DNA from: Squalus acanthias
Lineage: Eukaryota
Assembly (NCBI GenBank): GCA_030390025.1
Contig: CM059425.1
Location: 162,380,001 to 162,444,000 of the forward strand
Direction: 5' to 3'
DNA: 64,000 nt
The translations under genes were made by a program, and so were the position numbers. How positions within the stretch are numbered: position 1 is the stretch's first letter; every line of letters begins with the position of its first letter. Positions 38,946 through 52,539 of the stretch are shown here, one piece after another. A model generated the notes under the pieces. The model saw only the letters and a list, made by a program, of their open reading frames with translations. It was not told where the DNA came from and did no database searches.

Positions 38946-39575
38946 TGATGGTTGGAAATGATAATTTATACAGTACCTTATCAGGTAAAAACCTTTCAAA
39001 GTACTTGCAGAGTTACTATGCACCGATATAAAGGTCAGCTCTAGGCCTAGAAATCCGAGGGCATCCAAACATGGGCATATGGGGATCAATCTCTGCATCT
39101 GAATGGATAGGTCCAAGGCGCACATAATATTAGGCCTCGGGCCACATCATCGAGCTGCGGACACCTAATGGGCCTTTCCCACCTGCGAGGCCTTGCTGAA
39201 ACCCCCCCCCCCCCCAAGCAACATATGAGAGTGCCGGGTCACGTGATTTTCACCTGCCAGCAGCAGCCAGCTGCCTCTTTACGCCTGCAATGGGCAGGTA
39301 GCTGGCCAGCAGGATGTAAATGAGGGCATCTAACGGAGACTCCCAGGCAGGTGGCCTATTGCCTTCTCGCCCGGGAGTTGAAATTCCCTCCTGCATCTCA
39401 GTTTCCTGGGTTGGGTATCATTATGTATTCATGGTGGGAACCCATCAGAATCCCCGCCAGGAAGCGGGATCCCATCAGTGGCCCAGAGGAAAACTCACAG
39501 GAGGCCAGGACCTTCATTAAACAAAAATGAGAAGTCGCACAACACCAGGTTATAGTCCAACAGTTTTATTTGAAA

Positions 39576-39612
39576 TTACGAGCTTTCGGAGCGCTGCTCC
39601 TTCGTCAGGTAA
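39576..39612 (-). ncRNA. Minimal type I hammerhead ribozyme motif (left arm)
   Basis: Reverse complement reads UUAC-CUGACGA-A-GGAGC-agc-GCUCC-GAAA-GC-UC-GUAA. Confidence 0.7.
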
Positions 39613-40283
39613 AGTGAGGGAATACAAATCAGTTACAAAGCATATATAGACAGAGAACAATGTGTCTGCAGAGATTCAATCCGTCAGGGAGGCATTACAT
39701 CAAAGACACAGCAGAATACAGCTAAGACAATGAGGTGGGGTCACAGGGGGTCCAACGTGTCAAATGCTGCAGTCTGCAGTTAAGCTTTTTACTTTTTTTT
39801 AAAACTGGAAATCACATTTGTGAACAAGACAACGACGACTCTAGTCTGGACTCTAGTCACATCCTGTAGCGTGACATGAAACCGAGATCCCGGTTGAGGC
39901 CATCCTCATGGGTGTGAACTTGGCTATCAGTTTCTGCTCGATGATTTTGCGTTGTCGTGTGTCTCGAAGGCCGCCTTGGAGAACGCTAACCCGCAGATCC
40001 GAGGCTGAATGTCCTTGACTGCTGAAGTGTTCCCCGACTGAAGAGTCCAGACTAGAGTCGTCGTTGTCTTGTTCACAGATGTGATTTCCAGTTTTAAAAA
40101 AAAGTAAAAAGCTTAACTGCAGACTGCAGCATTTGACACGTTGGACCCCCTGTGACCCCACCTCATTGTCTTAGCTGTATTCTGCTGTGTCTTTGATGTA
40201 ATGCCTCCCTGACGGATTGTATCTCTGCAGACATATTGTTCTCTGTCTATATATGCTTTGTAACTGATTTGTATTCCCTCACT

Positions 40284-40320
40284 TTACCTGACGAAGGAGC
40301 AGCGCTCCGAAAGCTCGTAA
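40284..40320 (+). ncRNA. Minimal type I hammerhead ribozyme motif (right arm)
   Basis: UUAC-CUGACGA-A-GGAGC-agc-GCUCC-GAAA-GC-UC-GUAA; helix I UUAC/GUAA, palindromic AGCU. Confidence 0.7.
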
Positions 40321-43300
40321 TTTCAAATAAAACTGTTGGACCATAACCTGGTGTTGTGTGACTTCTCATTTTTGTCCACCCCAGTCCAACACCGGCATCT
40401 CCGCATCATGTTCATTAAACAAAGAATGTGGTCAAAATACAGGGAGGTCCTACTTAAAATTATTTTCTGGACACAACAGCTAATTTCTTCCAGTTTCGAT
40501 TTAAAATTGACTGAATGCTTTAGAAAGAAAGACTTGCATTCATATAGCACCTTTCACTAATAGCTTTTGTGGACTCAGTTTTTTGTCGTATCATCACTTA
40601 ACACTTAAGTATGGAAAAAATATGAAAAACAGTAAGAGATAGACATATTGAAAAATGTTGCTCAGATGGTTTAGTGTTTGTTTCCAAACCAGTTATTATG
40701 GAGTTTAAGACCCAACGCTTATATCAGTCGGGTTGCTAGACAAAACTCCATGAGGAAATGAGCTCTTTGCTGCTGAAGGCAATGAAAAGACATTGCCCTG
40801 CTCACCCTTTGAATGGCACCTCCTGCCAGCTGATCATGAAATGGAACCTCCTGCCAGCTGATCATGGAAGAGGATATGTAAAGCCAAGCTTTTGTGGAAT
40901 GGGAGTCATTGGAAACTAAAATTGACAAAATGAAAAAAGTCATTTAATATGAAAATACTGTGCAAGAAATCTGCTTTGTGGTACCCAGCTCATTTTACTT
41001 CAACAGATTCTTGAAACGTGTCAAGATTCAATTACATGCAGCAACCTTTAACTACTAAAGGAAATGAAAATTATTACACCAGTAACAGATGGCAATTTTT
41101 CAGTACCTTTTAAAGGTCAGACCAACTAGAATCTTTATACTGAACCAAACAGGATGAGTTAAGGACTCCAGGGGGGAACAAAAAGGAAGATAAGGAGGTA
41201 AGATGTTAATTCCAATGAAAATCAACTCAGCAATTTACCAGTTTGAAAGCCACAGGGACAAGACTGTCATTGTCAACTGATGTCACATTGTTACTGCTTC
41301 CTGTCACTGCATACAGCACCAACATTTCAGGAACTTCCAAATACTTCCACTCCAGCAAGGACAGACACTGAAAGAGTTTTCAATTAGGGACACCATGTTG
41401 CACTAGTCAACATCTAACTGCGTAATTTTAATCCTGTGTTTACAATGCCATTTACTTTTTCCCATAATGTGATATGGCTGTGAGACAATTACCCTGATAC
41501 ACCAAAATGAGAGGAGTGTTTAATAAGTACTGTAGTTTTCCTTGTGCATAAAATGCAATTAACAGCACAATTCTACTTTAAATATAAACATGAAGCAATG
41601 CTTTTCATAGATGAAGGTTAATGAATTTGCAAAAATATAACAATCAAAAGGTTACTTTTGCATTTACTCATCTGTATCCCCATCTCTATATCAAAGCGTT
41701 AGGGACAGTAATAACAAGCATTGGCTTATATCCAGCAGTCATCAAAATATTGTGTTATTTCCAGATTATCATGTTGTCAAAAATATCCCATGATAGTCAT
41801 ATTTCCATTGCTCATTTCCCACACTGAATCTAATTTACATCTTTAATAAAGCTGGGCTCCATTGATTTCATCCTACAACATTTGTTGAACAGCCTTGTGT
41901 TTACATTGGCTAGTTCTGTCACTTGATCATTTCCAAGGTAACAATTCTTAACTGGTTCTGTCTATGCCTGATTATCAGTACTTTTAATTAAGACTTTTTA
42001 AAAAAATGGCACTGATCCTTGAATCACTTTCACATTGTAGGTTTAAAATTTCTCCTTTGGATTCAATGTTACATTTTTAAATGTATTAAAAATTGAAGTT
42101 ATCTTGTTATTACATACTCCTCCACTAATTTGATCAACAGTCTTGTAAAAGAATTTTCCAGGCAACAATAGCCCTTTAAATTTGATAATATCATAAGTAT
42201 TAGTGAAATTTCAGAGGCATAATTCATTGCTTAGACCCAACATTCGATCTGCATGTTACATCTTTGCCATTATTTTTACTAGAAGAATTAGCTGCACTAG
42301 CTGTCACTAATGTGAAGTCCTAACTGGGCTATATTTGTAAAGCTTGTTAAATATTTGGACATACATGACACACTCTTCTAGAGGTCAGCTTGCAGAATTA
42401 GTTGCAAGTCAGTTTTAAACGTTAAAAGAAAACATAAACAGATGTTGGCAAAATAATTTTATTATAATAACTGCTATAGAAACCATTAACCATCTGCAAT
42501 CAGATTTCTGGTTAAAGTGTATAGAAAATAGTAATGTAAATGTGTGCAGGATGAAAGCTGCAAGTGATTACCTCCGGGTAAGAAAACTACTTTTAAAGAA
42601 TGCCTGTAATGATGATTTGGATTCAGTACATGAAGCAATAGTCTTACATTTTTTGAGCTTCACCTACTGTGAGATTTTGTTCAATAAAAAATGCTTATAT
42701 TTTGCCATAAAGACTCAAACATGTTTCCAGTAAAATATTTATGTGCATTTTTAATAGAATATCCCAATCAAATACAGGTTGTCAATTTTATTTGGAATCA
42801 TTACCAAGCCATGATAATATGTTCCAAAAATTGGCCTTTATTTGAATTTTCAACATGTATTTGTTTTGGTCCGTGAGTTAGCCAATAATAAATCTGCATC
42901 TATTTCCCATGTTTGAAATGTACTTATGTCAGGTAAAGAGAATCGGATACCTCCCTGCCTTAAATCAACTTTGCTCTTGTTTCAAAAAACATTAGCGTAA
43001 TCCTGTTACACTCCATTTACTGACAACTATCACATTAAAATATATCTGAGGAGTCAGGGGAATATGTCAGCTTTGTGAGTTTATTTTCCATGTGTTATCT
43101 AGAGATAAGTAAGGCTGTAATTCCATATTTCACTTTTTCTTTTATAATTGTCCGTGGATATTGATCTGATTTAATGTTATATGTTTCTGCTCAAAGCCAA
43201 CACATTTCTCTAATGTAATCCATTAAAAAGTAATATAATTGCTAGGTTTGAAATCTGAAGCCTCAGATTAAGAAACTCTGAGTACAAAGGTCAATCAAGC

Positions 43301-43729
43301 GAAAGGCTACCTCACATACCCACCCCGCAGGCAGAGAAAGCCTGATGCAAGACAAACACATGCCAGCTGTACCAATCAGCAGGCTGATCAATACAAACAT
43401 TGCGTAATCAGACTTCAACAGCTGTTTATTAGTTCATCAATTTAGTATTACTGCCCCAAACACTAAATATGACAGGGTTAGTGAATTTTCCTTTGGTATA
43501 TTTATATCACCCAATCTTTATCCTCTGTTGTATAGGCATTTTTATCAGGCTTAATTTCTCCCCCAAATGTAACTCGAGGGCGACTTTCTTCTTGAACAAG
43601 TGTTAATTTTAGAAATTGAATTATCCTGTGTCTTTCACATCCAGTAATATCTTGTAATACTAGTAAAATAACTCACTAGTTCTTTCTTGCAGAGCTTGTC
43701 CACCATGCATGAAAATCAAGGCTAACTGA

Positions 43730-45535
43730 TCGGTACCAGGACCACTGCTTTTCTTGATATATATTAATGACTTGGACTTGGGTGTACAGGGCACAATTTC
43801 AAAATTTTCAGATGACACAAAACTTGGAAGTGTAGTGAACAGTGAGGAGGATAGTGATAGACTTCAAGAAGACATTGATAGGCTGGTGAAATAGCTGGAT
43901 ACGTGGCAGATGAAATTTAATGCAGAAAATTGCAAAGCGATACATTTTGGTAGGAAGAACGAGGAGAGGCAATGGCCCAGAAATTAAACAGTGAGGGTTC
44001 CCGCGAGGGTAAGGATTCCCCACGATATCGTACTCCGCGCCTACCTTTTTGCTCCGGGCCCACACGAAATTTAGTTTGAATGGCTCTGTCTCTTGGAACC
44101 GTGCAGTGCTTGCGTGACCCAGAGACGCAATTAGTTCGTGTGAGCTCTGGGATCATGTGATTCAGTTAGAGCCAATGGCAGCACACCATCTTTCATTCAT
44201 AGTTTTGACAGGAAGACCTGTCAAAGCTATGAATACTACACCCCCCCAAAAGAACAGCTAAACCTCAATTAAATTTAAAAAAAAGCCATCACATTAATAA
44301 AATAAGTATAGTTAAATAAATTAACCACTTTAAACAAAAATTTAAATTTTTGAAAATTTTTAAAATCTTTTTAAAAGTTATAAAAATAAACTTACCTTTC
44401 TTTAAAGTCTCTAAAAAAGATAAACCTGTTGAAAATTTTTTAAAATAACACTTAATTAACTACTTACCTTGTTAAAAGGGTGTCATACGCCTGCTTTTTT
44501 TATGTGTAAAATCTTCACCACTTACCTGCGCGTTCAAAGCTGAAAAAATAACTAAGTGCACTGCGTGCGCACAGCCTGTAGCACGCACGCGGTTCACTTA
44601 GGAACCGCCCCCTTTTGAATTCACGAAGTGCCGGTTTCCCGCGCATGCGCAGTGCATGCAGGAAACCGGCAATTGGAGACCTAATACGCGAGAGTACACA
44701 GTGCGTACTCTCGCGTATTAGGTCTAATTTTTGGGCCAATATAAATTAAAGGGTACAATCCTAAAGATGGTGCAGGAACAGAGAGACCTGGGGGTGAATG
44801 TGCACAAATCGTTGAAGGTGGCAGGGCAGGTTGAGAAAGCAGTTAAAAAAGCATATGGGCATAGAGTACAAAAGCAAGGAAGTTATGATGAGCCTTTATA
44901 AAACACTGGTTTGGCCTCAACTGGAGTATTGTGTCCAATTCTGGGCACCGCACTTTAGGAAGGATGTGAAGGCCTTAGAGAGGGTGCAGAACAGATTTAC
45001 GTGAATGGTTCCAGGGATGAGGGAATTAGTTATGTGGATAGACTGGAGAAGCTGGGGTTGTTCTCCTTGGAGCAGAGAAGGTTGAGAGGAGATTTGATCG
45101 AGGTATTCAAAATCATGATGGGTCTAGACAGAGTAGATAAAGTGAAACTGTTCCCATTGGCGGAAGGGTCGAGAACCAGAGGACACAGATTTAAGGTGAT
45201 TGGCAAAGGAACCAAAGGCGACATGAGGAAAAACTTTTTTTCGCAGCGTGTGGTTAGGATCTGGAATGCACTGCTTAAAAGGGTGGTGGTGGAGCAGGCT
45301 CGAAGGGCCGAATGGTCTACTCCTGCTCCTATTTTTCTATGTTTCTATGGAGACAGATACAATTGTGGCTTTCAAAAGGGAGTTGGATAAGTACCTGAAG
45401 GAAAAAAAATTGCAGGGCTACGGGGAAAGGGCGGGGGGGTGGGACTAGCTGAAGTGCTCTCTGCAGAGAGCCAGCACGAGCTCGATGGGCCGAATGGCCT
45501 CCTTCTGTGCTGTAATCATTTTATGATTCTATGAT
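43730..45535 (+). mobile_element. CR1 LINE 3' portion interrupted by a MITE and by a ~60-bp tail of another CR1 (about 45290-45348)
   Basis: IYINDLDLG..SKFSDDTKL, LEYCVQFW, LEQRRLRGDLIEVFKIM; tail ATTCTATGAT. Confidence 0.9.
43974..44737. mobile_element. Harbinger-like MITE inside CR1
   Basis: AAT|GGCCCAGAAATTA ... TAATTTTTGGGCC|AAT; removing it restores the CR1 sequence GAGAGGCAATATAAATTAAA. Confidence 0.9.
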
Positions 45536-48500
45536 GTTTGTCCAGCTTTGAACAACTGCTGGTCTCACACAAAAAAGTGGCACTGGACTTTTTAACCTCC
45601 AGTTCCCTCAAATGCCTACATGAAAAAGTTTTGCTCCTCACCTCAGTTGATTTACAAGTACACAAATCAGAAATAGATGATGAAAAAAAAGAATAGCTGA
45701 CATAGACAGTGCATAACACAGCTGTGACACTCGAGGACAGCATAACCCATAAGATCAATGCTCAAATGGTGTATTCAGATGCTGAGACTGTACTACCATT
45801 TTAGTTTGCTTTAGTTGAGATTTTGTTTTACATTTTTTAGTCTGGAAATTGTGATTCATTGGGTGATTTGGTCACTGAGGTGGCTTACATCTGTACTTAG
45901 TTCTTGCAATAAAAAGCCTGAAGGGCACACATATGAATGTCATCCAGCCTAAGGCTCTCTCAGTGCTCTGACTGTAAAATTCAATGGAATCACCTGGTGG
46001 ATGTATTTTAACATTGAATGCAATTCTACCAAAGCAAGGATTTTAGACAGGAAATTTACAACATGTTTCCTCAGAATGACTATTCCATACTATGATTCAT
46101 TCTTCAATAAATGTTATTTTTCATTTTTAACTTGGAGATTTATAAGTGTTATTACTCTTAATGCACTGGACTAACTGCATTCACCTGTTTTATGAAACTG
46201 TGTCAGTCTGGCATTATACAAGTACATAACATATGGCCTTTTTTACTGTATTTCAGCAGTGTAGCATTGGTGCTGTCAAAGAAATTACACTAACGGCAGT
46301 CTATTGCTGGCTGAGGTCATGTAATTTTACTCAGACTGGGCTATATATTACTGCAGAACAAAGTAAACTAAATGCGGTTCCACTGACCAGCATGTCTTAA
46401 TTGGGGGCTAGGACTATAATTTTTAAAGAAAATGTTTTTTGTGTTGTATTCTTGACTCTTGACCTCCATTGCTATTATTTCATGAAAACAACTAGCATGG
46501 GTCTACCTATAATGAAAACAAGTTTGCGAGGGGTTTCGATGGCTCTGCATGGGGTGGGCCACCGCAATGTTCCTGTCTCAACAGGGAATCCTGTATCTCA
46601 AAAATATCATGCTGACAGCATGGATTTCTTGATACATTTGCATGTTTTCATTTATGAATACAGTAAAACGATCAGCAATATAAAATAATTTAGAGGGACA
46701 GACTATGTAGAGTACAGGGAAACCCTCAGAACTGGTTTTTATACAGAAATATGACCAGTTCTAATTTTTCTACTGTTAACAGGAAACTGCGACTGCTAGT
46801 GTTGGTGTGAACAGGTGAATGCAAAAGTGGGGTACATGTAGGTGTATCTGCTTGATTTATTAGGGTCGAGCTTCTAATCGGCCAAATTTACATATGAACG
46901 CTTAGCACATTCATGCTACATTCTGCTGCTTGCTACTTTGACATAGGTGTTAACCTGCTTATTTACAGTGGGTTAACGCCTGTGTACAAATAGCACACTG
47001 GAATCTTGTACAAGTGCTTTAAGCATTTGTATCTGACCTTCGCCAACCAAAAGTTCTACCCTAGCAACCCCAACCACGAACAGGTGGAATTCAAGTCACC
47101 TTTGGGTTAATGATATTTTGAAATGTATTGTACAGTAAATAAAAGTAATAATAAAAATAATTATCGACATCAGAATCACATCACTGGAGAACCAATATCT
47201 ATACTGTGATTGGCTATCTCAGTATATAATAGGGTCATACCAGGAGATGCCACTTAGTAATTTCACATTAAAATGAGACTGTTCAGATACCACAGTAAAG
47301 CAAGTATCAGAGAACATGACAAAAGTACCTCTCTCTTTCAACATTTTACCTGGCTATAGTTAATGAAACACGACAAACTAAGTAACATCTTCTGTAAAAT
47401 CAGCTATTCTATTTCCAGCCATTTGTGCCCTCAGATTCATTTGTTGTACAAGCCTAAAAATCACACAAAATTCTATCCAGTATTCCATTCACATATTTTC
47501 TAAACTGACATACCATAAATTTTTAATGATGCATGCTACATGGGACAAGGAGAATGCACTACATAACACAAACAAGTTTTTTTTTATATTAAAGTGTTTT
47601 CTACAGATTGAAAGTAGGACAGAATAAGATGAACCATTGCACATACCTGCTCCCTCCCTTAAACATCAAGTGGAACCCAGATGCTGGGCAGAAGGCACAA
47701 TCCTACACATCTCCTGGATGTGAGCAATCCTTTTGGGAAAACCTGCTGTGGGCAATTAAAAAGATAAACTAGCTCCCTATTGAGCCCAGTTGGCACACTG
47801 CCTCGTGGGGCGCCCACAGAGACTCCTTGAGAGTCATGCTGGAAACATTCTGGGTTTCCTCCTGCTTAAAGCCTGAGAGTGCATTCTACTGAAGTGATGG
47901 CAGACAGGCCTCCCCAGGTGTGTAATGTGGCTCTAAATGTGTGGAAGATGGTCCAATCTAACAACCTATATGTTCCTTCAAGGTAAAACAGGTGAAATAT
48001 TTTTTAACAATAGGCTCTTGGGCTACTAGTAACAGCAAACAATATCCAGTTAAAGGCTCAAGGTTTTCCCAAATTATAATTACAAGAGTGCAACATAAAA
48101 TGAAAAGGGAAAAAACAAATAATACATTGAGAAAAACAGGGAACCAAGGAGCCAGCGCCCCAGCCAGGGTAATAAATAGAACAGAAAACCAAAGACCAGT
48201 GCAACTGCCAGTCTCATTTACTAACCACTAATGTTTCTATATGGCATGCCACATAGTACATTACACACTGTATAGAACTAATGTATTGTAATGCACCTCT
48301 TATATAATATATCCAAAACATTGTAATCATAACACAATTGGAAAACAAAAAAAATTGTTTGCTAAATAATTAAACCCATTAATTCTATTACATATTTTCT
48401 GCGACCATTAATCTAAGCAGGGTTTTTCATTCTCATAGCTATAAATTCAAACTAATCTAAAGCCCGTGCACAACTCTGAAAACAGAAGGCCCCTTTTTCA

Positions 48501-49859
48501 GTTACCTGTTCCAGTTTACGGAGTCAGCTCTCATCAATTAACCACTGACTTGCCCTTTCATTGTGACTAAGTGACTAATATCTACATTGGCTCCAAGAAA
48601 GACACTTTTCACAATCAACCAATAATCTGCTAAGTGAAAACACATGAAGGGGCTTATGTGACGCCCGTGAGGGGTCCTCATTGAATGGAAAACAGGTGTG
48701 TGAGTTTTGTGCCATGTAATACCCCATTTACCCCCGAGTACAAAGGTTACACGACTAATGGGTGCCTTGTGCTGCACAGAGAGAGCAGAGGCACAGGCCG
48801 AGGTTAAACATCTGGGACATATTTCACATACTTGCAGCATATGCTTCAGCTTCAATTAGAATGAGGCTTTGGCACATTTATTAATCTTTTACTTTCATCT
48901 TTTAAAAAGCCTCTGACCTGACCTTAATATTTTTCAGCGTGAACAAACAGAGGAGTAATGAAAAAGAATTTCTACCTGCTAGCACTAGAACAGACAAATT
49001 TGTTGCACAGCGAACTTTAATTTATTGTGAACCTACAAGAAAAAATAATGCCTGTAAAAAGGGAAAAGAATCCCTCTGGAGTCATGTGCAGCAAATATGA
49101 AATCCTTTAATCTGACCACTGCATTCGATCACGGTGAATAAACACTACCTTTATAAATCCAATCCCAACTTCCCTACTGCATGTTCCACATACCCTGCAG
49201 GTCCTCCATGCACATGTTAACAGCTTCATTAATATTAATACCACAAATAAAAAGATACTCAATTAACAGAGGGTTTGTGAATTGTGCTGCTGTTAGGAAA
49301 CAGGGAAAAAGAGCCACTTGCGTCCATCTTATGTTGTGGAATTGAATTCAGTGTGAATCAGTGTTCCAGAAAAGCTCGACTTTGTTTTCCTTAACTATAA
49401 TTTGCTTTTGGCTTCATGGTGGAACTGATAAGCCTCTTGTTCTGCTGAGAGGCAAGATGTTGATTCATGTCTGTGATTTCCCCCCCAAGATGACTTTCTC
49501 ATCTCAACCAACCTGCAAGGAGAAAACATGGAGCAGGACTAAATGTTTCACCATGAAAGGGGGAAGGAAACACTGGCAGATGGCACTTCTGGAGATTCGC
49601 AATTACAGAAATCTGGGACCAACTTGCCAGGCATCTTAGCATTGAAATGGTGTAAAAGAAGAAGAAACGGTTAAAATGTAGGGAAAGAATACATATCAAT
49701 ATCACACATTTGAGTTTATTTAGTACCTGCTTTTAATCTGTCTTCAGTCCTAATAAATGCCTTTCAATTATAGTTCTAGAGAGGACCTGGAGTATGATAA
49801 TGTAATATAATGTGTATTTGATATGCTTTACAGGTAGATTTTCTTTTTAGCTTCAAATT

Positions 49860-52215
49860 CATAGAATAGTACAGCAAAGAAGGAGGCCATTTGGCCCATC
49901 GAGTCTGCGCTGGCTCTTTCGAAGAGCGATCCAGTTAGTCCAATGAGGCCACACCCCCGATGCTCCTCCATCCCTCTGATGTCATCTGCCTCCACCCCCC
50001 TCACGCTCCTCCTGGCCCTCCAATGATGTTGCCAACCAACCCCCCCCCACTCCTCCAACCACCCCCAGTGCTCCTCCGGCCGCCGACACCAAACCACACC
50101 CCCACTCCTCCAGCCCTCCCCGTGCTCCTCCAGCCATCCCCATGCCCCTCCGGCTCTCCCCGTGCTCCTCCGGCCCTTCCCGTGCCTCTCCGGCTCTCCC
50201 CGTGCTCCTCCAGCCATCCCCATGCCCCTCTGGCCCTCCCCGTGCTCCTCCGGCCCTCCCATTGCCCCTCCGGTCCTCCCCGTGCTCCTCCAGCCCTCCC
50301 CGCCCCCCTCCGGCCCTTCCTGTGCTCCCCCGGCCCTCCCATTGCTCCTCGGCCCTCCCATTGCCCCTCTGGCCCTTCCATTGCCCCTCCGGTCCTCCCC
50401 GTGCTCCTCCAGCCCTCCCCGCCCCCCTCCGGCCCTTCCTGTGCTCCCCCGGCCCTCCCATTGCCCCTCTGGCCCTCCCCGTGCCCCTCCGGCCCTTCCA
50501 TTGCCCCTCCGGCCCTTCCCCTGCTCCTCCAGCCCTCCCCATGCTCCTCCAGCTCTCCCCATGCTCCTCCAGCCCTCCCCATGCTCCTCCAGCCCTCCCC
50601 GTGCTCCTCCAGCCCTCCCCGCCCCCTTCCGGCCCTTCCTGTGCTCCCCCGGCCCTCCCATTGCCCCTCCAGCTCTCCCCATGCTCCTCCGGCCCTCCCA
50701 TTGCCCCTCCAGCTCTCCCCATGCTCCTCCAGCTCTCCCCATGCTCCTCCAGCCCTCCCCATGCTCCTCCAGCCCTCCCCATGCTCCTCCAGCTCTCCCC
50801 ATGCTCCTCCAGCCCTCCCCATGCTCCTCCGGCTCTCCCCGTGCTCCTGCAGCTCTCCCCATGCTCCTCCAGCCCTCCCCGTGCTCCTCCAGCTCTCCTC
50901 GTGCTTCTCCAGCTCTCCCCATGCTCCTGCAGCTCTCCCCATGCTCCTCCGGCTCTCCCCATGCTCCTCCGGCTCTCCCCGTGCTCCTCCGGCTCTCCCC
51001 ATGCTCCTGCAGCTCTCCCCATGCTCCTCCGGCTCTCCTCGTGCTTCTCCAGCTCTCCCCATGCTCCTCCGGCTCTCCCCATGCTCCTCCGGCTCTCCCC
51101 ATGCTCCTCCGGCTCTCCCCATGCTCCTCCGGCTCTCCCCGTGCCCCTCCAGCTCTCCTCGTGCTTCTCCAGCCCCCGATCCTCACTCAAAACCCATCCC
51201 CCCCCCAACCCGTGCTGCTCCCGGCCCCGATCCTTTCAGACTCTCTCCCCGTGCTGCTCCCGGCCCTGATCCTTTCAGACCACTCCCTACCCCCCCAAAC
51301 CCCGTGCTGCTTCTGACTGCAGATCGCTTCAGAACTCCCTCCCTGTGCTCCTCCGGCTGCCGCCCGTCACCCACGCAATCCCTCTCTCCCTCCTCTCTGC
51401 GGACTAGTGCCACAGGCCTACCCGCCCGCAGCCAGCCAGCCTCTCAATCTGGGCGGCTGCGGGTGGGAAACAGAGGTTTCCATGCAAATTGGGTCCTGCT
51501 GTTAAATTTGTCCTCCTGGGTTTCCCGACTGCTTTGGAGCCACCCCCCCCACCCCCCCCCACCCCCCGCTTCCAACTCACCTTCCCCATTAAAATTCTGG
51601 CCTGAGCCTCTATTTTTAAAGCCCAGGATCCCATATGCTTTATTAACTGCTTTGTTAATCTGTCCTGCCACCTTTAAAGATTTGTGCATTAACTCACCCA
51701 GCTCTCTCTCTTTTTGCACCCCCTTTAAAATTGTATCATTTAATATGTATTGTCTCTCCTCATTCTTCCTACCAAAATGTATCACCTCACACTTTTCTGC
51801 ATTGAATTTCATCTGCTATTTGTCTGACCATTCCACCAACCTGTCTCTGTCCTTTTGAACTCTATTACTATCTTCCTCACTGTTTACTATGCTTCCAAGT
51901 TTCGTGTCATCTGCAAATTTCAAAATTGTGCCTTGTACCCCCAAGTCCAAGTCATTAATGTATATCAAAAACTGCAGTGGTCCTAGTACTGAACCCTGGG
52001 GAACTCCACAGTATACCTCCCTCCAGTCCAAAAAACAGTTATTCACCACAACTCTCTGTTTTCTATCCCTTAGCCAATTTTGTATCCATGCTGCTACTGG
52101 CCTGTTTATCCCATGGGCTTCAATTTTGCTAACAAGCCTATTATGTGGTACTTTATCAAACGCCTTTTGAAAGTCCATATATGCAACATCAACTGCACTA
52201 CCCTCATCCACACTT
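49860..52215 (-). mobile_element. CR1 LINE (tail 49860-49941, RT 51603-52215) disrupted by a family-B MITE remnant and a deletion
   Basis: YMDFQKAFDKVPH, GVPQGSVLGP, KFADDTKL; CATAGAATAGTACAGC tail; MITE right end TTAAAATTCTGGCC at about 51589-51602. Confidence 0.88.
50105..51172. repeat. 20-bp GC-rich minisatellite, roughly 50 copies
   Basis: Consensus ATGCTCCTCCRGCYCTCCCC, with variant blocks. Confidence 0.95.
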
Positions 52216-52539
52216 TTATTGCAGCTTGGGTCTTGGGAAAACAAGTTGACTGCATTTAGTTGTGGATAATGCAGCCAGTCTTCCTGTAAAACAGCTGCAC
52301 AGACTAGCTGTGACATTTTGTCCAGAATGCGCAAGCAAAGTTGTGACGTCATTACAGAGAGATAACTGTAGGCGGACTGCACTAGCAAAACATGTTTCTG
52401 TTGCCAGAACTGTTCACTTACTGGTTCCAAACAGTTTGGAAGATACAATAAAACATGGATCTTTCAAGTTAGTTATCTGGAAAATTTATCTTGAGTGTGC
52501 CGCTGGCTGCACTAGAAGTGCTACGAGAACCAATGGCTG

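Larger units (their letters stand above)
39521..40410 (-). mobile_element. Truncated Penelope-like element: GIY-YIG C-terminal fragment between inverted pLTRs
   Basis: Minus strand VGEHFSSQGHSASDLRVSVLQGGLRDTRQRKIIEQKLIAKF and, after a frameshift, HEDGLNRD; arms 39521-39854 and 40042-40375; direct repeat TTCATTAAACAAA at 39513 and 40411. Confidence 0.88.

Noticed and set aside
49828..51858. Long ORFs of 373-632 aa in all six frames
   Set aside because: They result from a stop-free 20-bp GC minisatellite; the translations are low-complexity.
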